From Octopus bimaculoides (lineage: Eukaryota): DNA of 56,417 nt. Each line of letters begins with the position of its first letter. Within the stretch, counting starts at the first letter, position 1. The notes under the pieces are model-generated. The model worked only from the letters and a program-made list of their open reading frames with translations, had not been told where the DNA came from and ran no database searches. The stretch covers positions 134,843,556 through 134,899,972 of the forward strand of contig NC_068983.1 in NCBI RefSeq assembly GCF_001194135.2, given 5' to 3'. This document shows, one piece after another, positions 1 through 12,018 of the stretch. Made by a program: the position numbers and the translations under genes.

Positions 1-3
1 ATA

Positions 4-57
<54 letters not shown>
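1..57. repeat. (AT)n/(ATGT)n microsatellite
   Basis: Direct reading. Confidence 0.95.
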
Positions 58-540
58 GATTAAAAGAAGTATATAGTCTTGGTTGAAAGAATTGGAATTG
101 TTGTTGTTTAACACCAGGTCAACCCTGATTCAAAAGACTCTCTGGATAAATGCATTCCAGCTGTGACCACCATGTCGACGAATGTCCTCAAACTGAGAGA
201 AGAAAATACATGAGGAGGAATCATATACAATTTATCAGCTGTCTCTTGTCAATGCAGTTGATAAATTCTTTGTTGTCAATGAGTCTGACGATTTCTAGCT
301 CATAACTGACATTATATAATGTCTATCAGAAAGACACTTGGCTCTCCTAGTTCAGATCACACAGGTATAAATAAACAATAGGTGCTATAGTGATGTGCAA
401 CTTAACATTGTTGAAATAGTGGCAACACTGTATAACTGATATATTTTTCATTAGGTGCTGTATTGAGTTCAAATTCTAAAAATGGTTATACAGTAAAATC
501 AAAAACATGCAAACATATATATATGCACACACACACATGT

Positions 541-572
<32 letters not shown>

Positions 573-587
573 ACATACACGCGCATG

Positions 588-621
<34 letters not shown>

Positions 622-923
622 TGTATATTGATCGGCAGAAGTTACAAAGTGACTCAAGAGCTGAGAGTCTCAAACACTAGCACTTATTAAACTTTTTGAG
701 TTATGCTGTGAATTCTGCTGAGTAACAAAAATGTATATACTCATGTTTTGTCTGAGTCCTATTTTCTTGTTTGCACCATCAAGCCTCTGTGTGTATGTGT
801 GTGTGTGGTTTAATATACTTGGGATTTAAATGTAAGCTATTATAAGTTTTATGCTCTGTAGTACAAGAGTTGAATGAACTTGTACTATTGTGCAACCTTT
901 CAGGTTCAAAATACATGTCTGCT

Positions 924-1587
924 CTCTGAGAAAAAGTGAGAAAAGATGAAAATGAATGAGCGAAAAAGTAAATAAAAAAGGAAATGAGAAAAATGCATGG
1001 AAGGAAGAGAGTTAAATGTTGTGTCCTTTTGGACTGCCAGAATGGGAATTAACAATGATTGGTGTGATTAACTTAGCAGGGAAAGATTAAAGTTTGTGAC
1101 ACTGTACACTTAATCTGGAGAGGGTAGTGTTCCCCAGTTTGATAACAGAAACATCCAAATGCTTGCATTTAGTGAAAATCTCAGGTCTAGAATTCAGTAG
1201 GTCAGTGGAGCTAGCCATATCTGGAGCCTAAATGCCAACAATACCCTATAGACCATGTAGCCAAAAGAATTCATATACATTTTATATTTAAGAACTCCAC
1301 CAATTTACTATATTCTAGATCTGAAATTTTCACTAAATGCAAGCATCTAGATACATTTCTATGGTTTTAAATAAAGAACACCACCCTCTCTAGATAAGAC
1401 ATAAACCTCACAAACTTTAAGCTTTACTTACTGAATTAACCACACCAACCTTTGTTGGTTCCCATGCTAATAGAGCAGAGGGACACAACACTTATTTCAC
1501 TTCCTACTGTACCTTTTTTTTGCACTTCTTTTTCCATTTACATTTTTTCTTATTTCTTCTAGTTTTTTTTTTCACCTTTTCTCAGAG
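924..1587. repeat. Long imperfect inverted repeat (arms about 924-1193 and 1312-1587, 118-bp spacer) distal to the Penelope 3' end
   Basis: atgcttgcatttagtgaaaatctcaggtctagaat is mirrored by attctagatctgaaattttcactaaatgcaagcat; ttaaagtttgtga by tcacaaactttaa; tgttgtgtcc by ggacacaaca; ctctgagaaaa by ttttctcagag. Confidence 0.9.
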
Positions 1588-2059
1588 GGAAAAATAAAAT
1601 TGAAATTGAAATTGAGTATAAAATCGAAATTAAATCATTATAAATATGGCTAAAAGTAAAATTGAAAAATAAAAATAAAAATACCAGGTAATAAAAATCT
1701 ATTAAATTCTAAAATCAAAAAATTAAAATAAAAAATTGAGAATTAAAAAATTAAATAATTAAAAATAGATGAAAGCAGAATTAAAATTATATTATTAAAA
1801 AATAATTAAAATTAGAAATGTAGACTTAAAAAACTTAAGAATCAAAAAATTAAACATTAAAAATAAATTTTAATTAAATACAAATTTCATTAAGAAATAA
1901 AAAATGAAAAATAATAATAGTTTTTTATTTCAAATTAATACTTTAAAAAATTGTTTTATATGTAGAAAAAATGTACTTAAAAATACATCAAAATATAACA
2001 ATATATGAAAAATAATAGCTTGATGAAAAAAGAAGTCCAAACCTAGCAGCTAAAAAGAA

Positions 2060-3895
2060 ATAGTTATATATCATCTCTTGCTGTGTTTGTGGAGAGGGGG
2101 ACTAACATTTCAAAATATACTTGGTGGCATGCTGACAAGTGCCAAATTCTTTGCTTTTGGCATTTCGACATGTGAGCTCTTCAGGATGAGCTACCTTTCT
2201 GTATTGCAGAGCCTGCATTTTCTGCAACCACTGGCATGTGGTTTGTCTTTTCCTAATATTTTCCAGTTAATGGTATAACAGGTGCCATTTTCTTTCAAGT
2301 CCAATATGTAGCTAGAGAGTTTTGTGTTTTTTGTTTGCTCCAGTTTCTAAAGAAAGAGGTGTGGTTATTAAATCTTACCTTGAAACTTCCTTCCATAAGC
2401 CCCACATACCTCTTAGTAGAGAATGTGTTGTCAGCATTAGTTGTTTTGACTGATGCATCATATATGAAGGCCTTGATCTTATGGACATCCTTTAGTGGGC
2501 ACAGATGTTTGTCTGTGAAAGAACAGCCATCTTCTCTCAGTGGTGTGTCCCTATGTGTAAGCATATTTTTTAAATTAGGATAAAATTTAAGTTAATCTTT
2601 AGATCATATCTATTAAAAAAGTTTCCTGTATTTATGCTGGATAGGGAAACTTTGTCTATTAAGGCCANNNNNNNNNNATCATATCTATTAAAAAAGTTTC
2701 CTGTATTTATGCTGGATAGGGAAACTTTGTCTATTAAGGCCAAAATAATTTTGCCTACATTTGTAGCAACTGTTGGAGAGTAGGGTGGGGTGAACCAGAC
2801 TGTCTTCTGGCTTCTGTTCATCTTTCTCAGTAGCTCCGTACTGAGGCTGTATGTAATTTCTTCTTTGAAGCTATTTGCATTTAGAACATTGTTATACAGG
2901 TGTGTAGCTTTGTCAAAGATTTCTTTACTGAATGAGAGGCTACAAATCCTCCTACTTATGTTCCTTGCTAAGTTTCTAAGGTTTCTAAAACATATGGTGT
3001 GACAAAAACCTACATTTATATAATTTAGCCTGTTATTTGGTTTCCTATAGAGTTCATATGAGTTGTTCTGAAAGTCCAGCAACATGTTTAGGAGACTGAC
3101 TACAATTAGGTTGGTGTCAGTTGCAATCTTCTGACCAAAGGTCTTCAGGATCTGGATTGTCTCCTTTCTCAGGCAGTCCTGTGCCAAGCCATTGATGTTC
3201 TTTGATACGGCTAGAGTATCCTCTCTGTAGACACTAAAGGTCACCAAAAAGAAAGACCTTCACTGCACATTGAGTAGATATAAACCAGTCAGGTCATATA
3301 CATTTGCTCTATCATAGAAGCCCATGTTCATGTCAAAGGATTTTTCAGCATCTGAGCTCTCAATCAATTCAGAGTTCTCCCTGAAGAGCATACCAACTTG
3401 CAAAATTTGTTGCCTTAACTGAGAAATTGTTAGAAATAGAAGCATAGAAATCTATGATATTAGATTGTGTGAATCTGGCTTTTCCCTTGTCTGTAACATT
3501 CTTAAACCAATCAATAACTTCTATACTATTTGACCATTGGGCTTGGTTAGTGGCTTTTCTAATCTTGCTATTAATATTCCTCTGAATGTCCTTCCTAATT
3601 AGTCTTATTTCTGATTTAGCTGGGCAGATTAGCCTACATTTAGAGTGAGCAATAAAATTATTTTTGTGACCCTTCATGGTAACAAAAGCTTATAGTTTAG
3701 GGAGAGTTTCTATCTTGCTACCTAATATAAGTTTAGTGGCAATAACCTTAGTTTTCTTAATGATACTATTATAAACATGGAGCCTAGCTTTAGTGTAATT
3801 GCTTATTACATTGTTATGGAGAAGTTGTGTATATGTCTTGTCGTCTATAAGGTAGAGGTTTGTCTTATCAGAGAAGAGAGCCTTTTTCTTAGCAG
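2060..3895 (-). mobile_element. Penelope-like retroelement (Neptune-like), 5'-truncated and frameshifted: RT plus GIY-YIG endonuclease
   Basis: Successive minus-strand ORF pieces: FSDKTNLY (DKT motif), CRLICPAKSEI...QWSNSIEVIDWFK...IIDFYASIS, FDMNMGFYDRANVYDLTGLYLL, YRKPNN...WFTPPYSPTVATNVGK, then IYDASVKT...KRYVGLMEGSFKVRFNNH (GIY-YIG) and CRKCRLCNTE near 2200. Confidence 0.9.
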
Positions 3896-3902
3896 CTTTG
3901 AC

Positions 3903-4270
3903 CATCATCATCATCATTTAACATCCACTTTCTATGTTGGCATGGGTTAGACAGTTTGGCTGGAACTGGTAAGCCGGAGGACTGCACCAGGTTCTAGTCT
4001 GATTTGGCATGGTTTCTATGGCTGGACGCCCTTCCTAGCACCAACCACTCCAAGAGTACAATGAGTGCTTTTTACGTGCCACCAGTATGAGTGCCTTTTA
4101 CTTGACACCAGCAACTGCCTCAACTATGATTTCACGGGTGCTATGACACTGGCAACAGCCATGACTACAGTTTCACTTGGCTCAACAAGTCTTCTCAAGC
4201 ACAGCATATTGCCAAAGGTCACTTGTCATCACCTCTATGAGGCCAGACATTTGATGATCATGCTACCAGC
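3903..4270 (-). mobile_element. RTE 3'-UTR / SINE-like tail repeat with (GAT)n tail
   Basis: Shares the core ggaagggcatccagc...agaaacc...ccaacccatgc...atggaaa(gat)n with copies at 17368, 21790, 26665, 27968 and 29270. Confidence 0.85.
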
Positions 4271-4944
4271 ATACACACACATATACATATATATATACAC
4301 ATATACAAATACACACACACACACACACACACGCACACACTTTGTTGTTGTTGATATCAGATTTTAGCTTTTATTAAATGTTGTGCCTGTATGTGAGTGT
4401 GTCTGTGTGTGCCTGTATGTGTGCATGTATGTGCGTGTAAATTTAAGTGTATGTATGTATGCATGCATGTACGTTTGTATGTATGTATGTATGTATGTAT
4501 GTATGTATGGTTACATGCTAGTGCACCATAAAGAGACAAAGAGAGAAATATCCTAGGTTTTGCGCTAAGTCCTTCAGTAAAAGAAGGGTTTCTTCATGCT
4601 GTGAATGACACTATGCAAAATATTTGATGTTTTCCTCAATATCAAGACACACTAACACACTGCACATTTTTGCTTATACTGTATTGACACAGACCACCGG
4701 TAGTCATCTTCATTGATAATGATAATATCCAATTATTATCATATCCATAAATTGCTGTGAGAATTTATGCCTTTGATAATTGAATGTAATTGTTAGCATT
4801 CAATCTAACGACAGGTGGTCTGTATTGGCGAAGTTAACACAGTGAAAGCACAATGTGAGGTATGTTAGTGTGCTATGATGCAGAGAAAAGCATATAACAT
4901 TTAGATATCTAACATTTAGAGAGGGTACTAGCCAACCAGAAAAT

Positions 4945-5150
4945 TTTTAGATGGCCGTTCGACTTGCTAGAAATAGCAGTAAAATCTTTATCTAATTTTC
5001 TGCTATTGTCATAAAAAAAGAAAGAATGCAGTGGATAATATAATTCAAGATACTATGACTGAGAAAATGGGAAATTGCTCATGGTTAAATGCTTTCATAG
5101 GTCTGCCCAACCCTAGATGACCTGGAGGTAAAGAGTAACAACTGCAATAA
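4945..5150 (+). mobile_element. SINE-like interspersed repeat with (CAA)n-type tail; related copies at about 100-180(-), 12355-12530(+), 16650-16745(+), 26045-26220(-)
   Basis: Shared degenerate motifs gctagaaatagcag, ggataatatar and gacctgg.g.taa.caacaac across the copies, compared by eye. Confidence 0.5.
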
Positions 5151-5487
5151 CAGTAGAGGTGGATGTGTTGTTCCAGGTTAACTTGATCTTGCTAGATACA
5201 CAAGACAAAGTATTCAGTGATATTCAAACACACAATATCACAGATTATACACCACTGTGACCAATCCAAAGCAGTAGATCCATGGATCACACTTCACTGT
5301 TTGACAGACAACCTAAATATCATAAGAATCCCTTTAATTAGTGTTGACTTGAGGGATAAGCAACAGAAATATATGTAAGCATTTATTGACCAACTCCAAT
5401 TAAAAGCTTTAAGTCAGATGACCATCAGCTTGGAGGATCGCTCACTACTTTTCCACAGAATACCATATTTACTTATTTTTAGAGACT

Positions 5488-5850
5488 ACCCTTGACTTGT
5501 TGGGTTGCCGGGAAACTCTGAGTTTCCCAGCAACGGAGTATTGTTTCATGGGTTTTTTATCTTTTCCAGGTTATTTTGCATGCTTTCAAAGAATGTGACA
5601 TTGAGAAGTTAGAGTTTCTTCTTTTCAGGATGAAGTTAAATTCAAAACATTTTCCCATTATGCCCCGTTTTGGGTATTTATACCCCCAAACCCTGAATAT
5701 CTCATTAACTACTGCTCTGATTTACACGAAACTTGTTTCACTCTGTTCGTGTTAACATTTCAGCGTAAAGTTAATTCCTAGTATTTTCCCATTATGCTTC
5801 AGTTTGGCTGGGTAACATTACAAGCAAGCAAGATTCAAACTGACTTTTAA
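5488..5850 (+). mobile_element. Putative Helentron-associated (HINE/DINE-1-like) non-autonomous element
   Basis: 5' hairpin gttgccgggaaactc-t-gagtttcccagcaac (5504-5534, 14/15 paired) followed by ggagtattgtttc; internal gatttacacgaaacttg; 3' gctgggtaac is a partial inverse of the hairpin arm. Confidence 0.4.
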
Positions 5851-6014
5851 TGTATTATAAATATACATATACATATACATATAATGTTCCAAAAATTTAA
5901 CAGAAACACAACAAACAGAAGATTCACATACAAGACATAACTAATTCTTCATCAGTCATCGTCCAAAAGATTATGACAATTTTGCATATATATTTGTCAT
6001 ATTTTCGGCACCCA

Positions 6015-6190
6015 TGCTGATGACATGCAAAAGGCACCCAGCACACTCTTAGAGTGGTTGGTATAGGAAGGGTGTCCAGCCATAGAAACCAAGCCAAAAC
6101 AAACAACTGGAGCCTGGTGCAGTTCTCTGGTTTACCAGCTCCAGTCAAACCATCTAACCCATGCCAGCATGGAAAATGGATGATAAAGAA
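6015..6190 (+). mobile_element. RTE 3'-UTR / SINE-like tail repeat
   Basis: aaaaggcacccagcacactc...ggaagggtgtccagccatagaaacc...aacccatgccagcatggaaaatggatgat. Confidence 0.85.
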
Positions 6191-6999
6191 TGAATGTGTG
6201 TGTGTATATATATATATAAAAATTTAGATTCAAAATTGAATGTGGTACTTATGTTTAGTCACCAGAATATAGTATGGTATTATCCTAACAATTCCAAAAA
6301 CAAGGTGAGCAAAAATCAAAAAAGCAACACGAATTTTAAAGGTTATTGCAGTACGCACATCTTATGCTACTCCATTATTGCATACTGCAATAAGCTTTAA
6401 AATCCGTGTTGCTTTTTTTGATTTATATATATATATAAAAATTTAGATTCAAAATTGAATGTGGTACTTATGTTTAGTCACCAGAATATAGTATGGTATT
6501 ATCNNNNNNNNNNNNNNNNNNNNNNNNNNNNNNNNNNNNNNNNNNNNNNNNNNNNNNNNNNNNNNNNNNNNNNNNNNNNNNNNNNNNNNNNNNNNNNNNN
6601 NNNNNNNNNNNNNNNNNNNNNNNNNNNNNNNNNNNNNNNNNNNNNNNNNNNNNNNNNNNNNNNNNNNNNNNNNNNNNNNNNNNNNNNNNNNNNNNNNNNN
6701 NNNNNNNNNNNNNNNNNNNNNNNNNNNNNNNNNNNNNNNNNNNNNNNNNNNNNNNNNNNNNNNNNNNNNNNNNNNNNNNNNNNNNNNNNNNNNNNNNNNN
6801 NNNNNNNNNNNNNNNNNNNNNNNNNNNNNNNNNNNNNNNNNNNNNNNNNNNNNNNNNNNNNNNNNNNNNNNNNNNNNNNNNNNNNNCACTATATATTTGT
6901 TCTTCACTCATTTATTACTGTTGCTATTCATGGCCATTGTCTGAAAATCTTTTGTCACACATCTGAACATTTAGCAGAACTTTTCATCTTCATGTGTGC

Positions 7000-7400
7000 T
7001 CTTGCTTCACTTATTTCATTCATGAAACTAATAGACAATCATATAGACATCAACTAATAGACATTCATATACAACATCAATGGCATCAATTTCACCATTC
7101 TAAGATGGACTCCTAAATTCATGGGTCCTGTGCTTCCTGAAGCTCCCAAATACATAATGCTACCACCAACTGATTTCAGAATCATATACAACTTTATAAA
7201 TAGGCAAAGACATTTTATTTTTTATCTTCAAACATTCTCTTGTAATTTATAGAAACCATTTAATTAACCTGATTTCATATTTTTCTTATGTAGTTATATC
7301 AGAGTGGAAATACTGTTTCCATTTGTTAAGATGTCAGACACTTTTAGTTTGAATCTGCTCAAATATTTTTTTGCCATGCATCTCAAGACCAGATATGTTC
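7000..7400 (-). mobile_element. Highly decayed Tc1-like transposase remnant
   Basis: Reverse complement of about 7100-7185 reads KSVGGSIMYLGAS, resembling the Tc1 GGGSxMVWG motif. There is little other support. Confidence 0.3.
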
Positions 7401-7989
7401 TAGTTAAAGGGAGAGAAGAATATTTTAATGTACCGAGGCAAAAAATTTTAACCAATTGCACTTGTAATGAAGAAAAGAATCTTTATCATTAATTATTCTA
7501 CTCTTAAGATGTAATAATTTTAAGCAATTTAAAAAAAGTTTTGGCTCACTACATTAAGTCTGCCAGCTTGCACTTAACTATGTTTTTCATGTAGAAGGCG
7601 TCAGTGAGAATTTTTTTCTTTACATGCATATCCTAGTTCTGCTAAATGTTCAGAATTTATTGAAATAAGAAAGTAAGAAAGTTAAATCAAACAAAAAACT
7701 CCTTAAACATCTCCAAAATAATATGCATGTTTCTGTAAGTTTTCACCAAATGTTTGGTAGACAGTTCTCATGCTTCAGACTAATTAATCAAAATTTGTAT
7801 GCCTAACAGCACTAGAACCAGTAGTTTTCTATAATATTTGGGGTACCAGAATCACATGTTCCACCTACCCAGCATAAATAATATTTATATCTATGTTATA
7901 TTCTAACCAGTCTGATCTCCAGTCTTCATCAAATATCTTATACTTAGCTATGTATAAAATATGTACATGCATAAATGGCCAAGTTCTTT

Positions 7990-8830
7990 TTTAAGTTTTA
8001 CCCAGGAGGAGAGAAGTGAATTCATGACCTTAGTAGGTTGTCTGTTACTGATAATATTAGTGCAGTTAATGTTCAGCTTCAATATCTCTAAGTTGACAAC
8101 TGTAGGGAAAAACATAGGTGAATTCCAGCAGTTGTCATTTTGGACAAGGCAAAGTGGCTAGTGTGGGTGCTGAAGAGTGGAGACACATAATGGGTGATGA
8201 AAGGAGAAAAGACTGGGCATGTCAGATGGGTGCTTGGATAGAAGTGGTACACATGTGAGATATTGAGGTGTGTTGATGAAAGACTTTGCAATTCAGTTGG
8301 ATTGTTTTTTCAATGCTGATATGTGTGTAAAAGAAGTACTGTGTCAGATGTAGGAGGTGTATTCCATCATGTATCAATCTTTGTAAAGAATCAGCAACTG
8401 TTAGGAGCTGAAGTATTTTCTGGCCCTGAAAAAGGAAGCTAATCTGTAAGATACAGATTTTGTTGCTATGAATATGAGATTACCATGAGTGATTATCAGA
8501 AATTGTAAGACCTAGAATTCATAGTAATTTTGAAAGCTGTATTTGAATGTTGTACTTGAAAGTTTATACAGAATACAGTACTTGTGTCCTTGATGTGTTG
8601 TGATTGTGTCTTTGTGTTGTTAAAAGAGAAATTTTACATGACTGCATTAGAAAATGTTTCCATGGCTTCAGTGCATACAGGCTGCTCAGGTTAAATGTGT
8701 TGTGTTATCTACACAACCAATGTTTAGGTCATGTGTAGATTATATCTATGTGAAGAAGGTTGAGGAGTAGTAAAGATCTGTATTGGCTGCATAGGAGTAA
8801 GTGATGTTAGCAGTGGCAGCAAATACAAAA
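7990..8830 (-). mobile_element. Decayed Jockey/CR1-group LINE, RT C-terminal half
   Basis: Minus-strand translation across frameshifts: LGLTISDNHSW*SHI...RARKYFSS*QLLILYK...EYTSYI; LQSLSS...VYHFY; CWNSP.FFPTVVNLEILKLNIN. Confidence 0.6.
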
Positions 8831-9559
8831 ATCAAAAGAATTATGATTTGGCCTTTTATTTCAAGAGAAATGATATTCTGAGTGGATTTTACTAGGTCGA
8901 GCAATTACTTGAAATCAGTTGCTTTTCATTTGAGTTTATCTATGTTTTGGGGGGTTTTTTCCACCAAAAAAGCTTTATTTCTTCAGTCAATTATATAACG
9001 AATTNNNNNNNNNNNNNNNNNNNNNNNNNNNNNNNNNNNNNNNNNNNNNNNNNNNNNNNNNNNNNNNNNNNNNNNNNNNNNNNNNNNNNNNNNNNNNNNN
9101 NNNNNNNNNNNNNNNNNNNNNNAGAGAGGGGGAGGGAGGAGAGAGAGACATACAGATAGACAGAGAAGGGGGAGGAGAGAGAGAGGAAGAGAAAGTGAGA
9201 GAAAAGGAGACCGTATTTACATTACTGGCAATGATCTCAGCACAATTTTTTATTAAGACTACTGAGTGGGGGATGTTTCAATGCCTTGTCCCATAGACAA
9301 CTATAATTATATCTTTATGTCTTTTCTTTATTCTCCAGGACCTCAAGACAAATGAATGATGTTCCTAAGGATATAGTGTCCTAACTGACCACTTAAGTAG
9401 CTGGTATTTTCAGCTAGCCTTACACACCTCTGTACTCTTTCACATTTTCTGCACTGTTTACTAGCATATTATACTGACATTCAAACATGACATTTATTTG
9501 TTTCTAAAATGTTGAGAATTGAAGTCAGAAGAGGAAGAAGAACAGTTCTTGTGACATTC

Positions 9560-9890
9560 CTCAGTTCACAAAGGCTAGTGAAATAGATGTTAATGGTATT
9601 AAGTTGAACATTCATAGGTCAATGTTTGCAGAAAAAGCTTGAGCAACAAGGAATTTTAGAGGAAAGGATTTCTAAGGTAGAATAACTGGGAAGAAAGTTT
9701 ACTGTGGAGTCTGAGACATGAAACACAGTGAGTGCATGAAAAGAAGAGGGCCTGTATGGAAAAGGTAAACTAGTTCAGGAGAGCAGATGGCTTGTAAAAA
9801 TGATAGAAACAAGGAATAGATTTTCTATGTTTGTGAGGAAGTAATTGTAGTGTGTTGGAGAGTGAATCGTTTAATCATTTCTAATCAGTC
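9560..9890 (-). mobile_element. 3' fragment of a Jockey/CR1-group LINE, similar to 7990-8830
   Basis: Minus strand reads approximately SLQH...SLF...ICSPELVYLF, followed by an SF.P...L.N.FP...FK-like C-terminal pattern. Confidence 0.45.
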
Positions 9891-9923
9891 AAATAGTGCT
9901 GTGCAGTTTAGGATGTGTGCATG

Positions 9924-9978
<55 letters not shown>

Positions 9979-10664
9979 GCAGCACTGTCCTGTAGAGCAA
10001 TACTTGAATAGGGATGTCACACTTGAATAGCAATACCCACTCAAAAATAATTTATATAAAAAAAGGAGATACTCAATAACATAGTCTTACATATGCTAAT
10101 ACACAAACTGGAAAGAACAGTTCAAACATGAAATCAGAGTTTCAAATCCTTTTATTAACATAAGTGGGAGAGAGAGGGGGAGGGAGGAGAGAGACATACA
10201 GATAGACAGAGAGAGGGAAGGAGAGAGAGAGAGAGGATGAGAAAGTGAGAGAAAAGGAGATTACACACAAAAATACACATAATACAGCAAAAATAAGCAT
10301 TTTAAATTAGCAATGTTCACAAAAAGGGTTCACATTTTTGCTTCCAAAAGTTCAATGCTCCCTGTTTCCATATCAATACTTCAACATTCATGTGTGACTG
10401 ATTATGTCAGATGTATGTTCAGAGCATGTTATTAATATCCTGCAGCACTTTTTTAATTTATTTCACCTTTTTTGCATCATTATTTTTGTAATAAAAATGT
10501 ATCCTGTAAGTTGGTACTTTAGCTTTGGTTTCATAGCATGAAGAGATAAATCTTCCTCCAGAGAGGAAGTGATTATATTGCAGGTACTATTGGTTTCAAG
10601 CTTTGGCACATGATCGGCAATTTTGGGGAAGAGAACATCGACCCCAGTACTCAACTGGTACTTA

Positions 10665-12018
10665 TTGGGTTGTTCAGAAAATAATGGCCGATTTTAAAAA
10701 TAAGTCTATATTCTTGAAAAACTGAATTTCTACAAAAGTTTAATTATTTAAAATATGATCACTGAACAGCTATGCATTTCTCCCATTGATTAACAAGGTC
10801 TTTTATGTCTCTTTGATAAAAATTCAAAGGTTTTGGTGCTAAGAAATCCTTGAATTCAGTTTCCACCTCAGTTTTTAAATGGAAAGTTTTGTTGCCTTCA
10901 AAAAGTGTCTAGATGCTTGAAAAGTGGTAGTCGGTAGGTGAAAGATCAGGGGAATATGGAAGAAGTGGTAAAGTCTTGTATCCCAAGTCTGTGAGCTTCT
11001 GCAGTGTCATCCTGGAAATATGTGGTTGAGCGTTGTGGAGCAGAATTGAACCATGTCGATTAACAAGTGCAGCTCTCATTTTGCTCAAGTGAATATGCAT
11101 TTCTTCCAGTTGCTTACAGATATCAGATATATGAAACATTTCTTTGAAACTTTATTGTGAGTTTTGTTTGTTGTTTTCAAATGCTGGTCATCAAGGGTGG
11201 ATACACATCCTCTACTTTCTTGATCTTCAAGGCTCTCATTCCCACTACAGACTCTCTCAAACCACCATCGTACTGTATGGTCACTAGTGTACCCTTCGAC
11301 CCATGCTCTGTTGATATTGGCTGTTTGAGAAGCATTATGTCCAAGCTTGAATTCATGCAAAAAAAAGTAAACACATTTCTTCTTTTTTAGAAATAATACA
11401 TTTCTAAATCTCTCAGAGAGATTTATGCAGTAGTGATACGATGAAGTAGTTGTATGTTGTCAACTTAACATGACAGTCCCCTGAAGGGAATAATACTACT
11501 GTTGATTAGACCTAGGAAGCTGCACCACTTCCTGTCGGCCTTGACACATTTCCTGTGTCCTTATGTTTACAAGGGGGAGACAAGCACCTCCACCCAGCTA
11601 AGCCTGCATCCAGACGAGCAAAGACTCAGAAACATGTCTCTGGATGCAGGCTTAGCTGGGTGGAGGTGCTTGTCTCCCCCTTGTAAACATAAGGACACAG
11701 GAAATGTGTCAAGCCCGACAGGAAGCGGTGCAGCTTCCTAGGTCTAACCAACAGTAGTATTATTCCCTTCAGGGGACTGTCACATTAAGTTGACAGCATA
11801 CAACTACTTCACATTTCTTCTTTTTTTTTGTGTTTGAAATTTAGGATTTCTACACTTCAAAATTATATTCTGAAAGAAATCAATAAAAATTTATTAAAGC
11901 ATATATATCAATTATTAGGCATGTAAAATTTTGTCTAAATCATTACAAAAATAACATCTTAAATCGAATTTGAAAAAATGTTTATGAAAAATCGGAGAGT
12001 ATTTTCCAAACAATCTAA
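10665..12018 (-). mobile_element. Mariner transposon, internally deleted and non-functional
   Basis: Degenerate TIRs ttgggttgttcagaaaataatggccgatttt and rc ttagattgtttggaaaatactctccgatttt, with TA / TG flanks. N-terminal HTH reads HEFKLGHNASQT...TVRWWFERVCSGNESLED; the C-terminus reads ILLHNAQPH...LPYSPDLSPTDYH. Confidence 0.92.
11442..11811. repeat. Near-perfect fold-back: 173-bp arms (11442-11614 and 11639-11811) with a 24-nt apex, nested in the mariner
   Basis: Arm-by-arm comparison by eye gives 6 mismatches in 173 bp, several of CpG-decay type (ca/tg, cca/ccg). Confidence 0.97.

Noticed and set aside
1225-1265. gaccatgtagcc in the Penelope inverted-repeat spacer as a decayed hammerhead
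   Set aside because: Too many core changes to support without a family consensus.
2598-2741. Direct repeats flanking short gaps (also 6215/6430, 17738/17792, 41765/41812, 49289/49496)
   Set aside because: Identical sequence beside the gaps indicates unmerged contig overlaps, not biological duplication.
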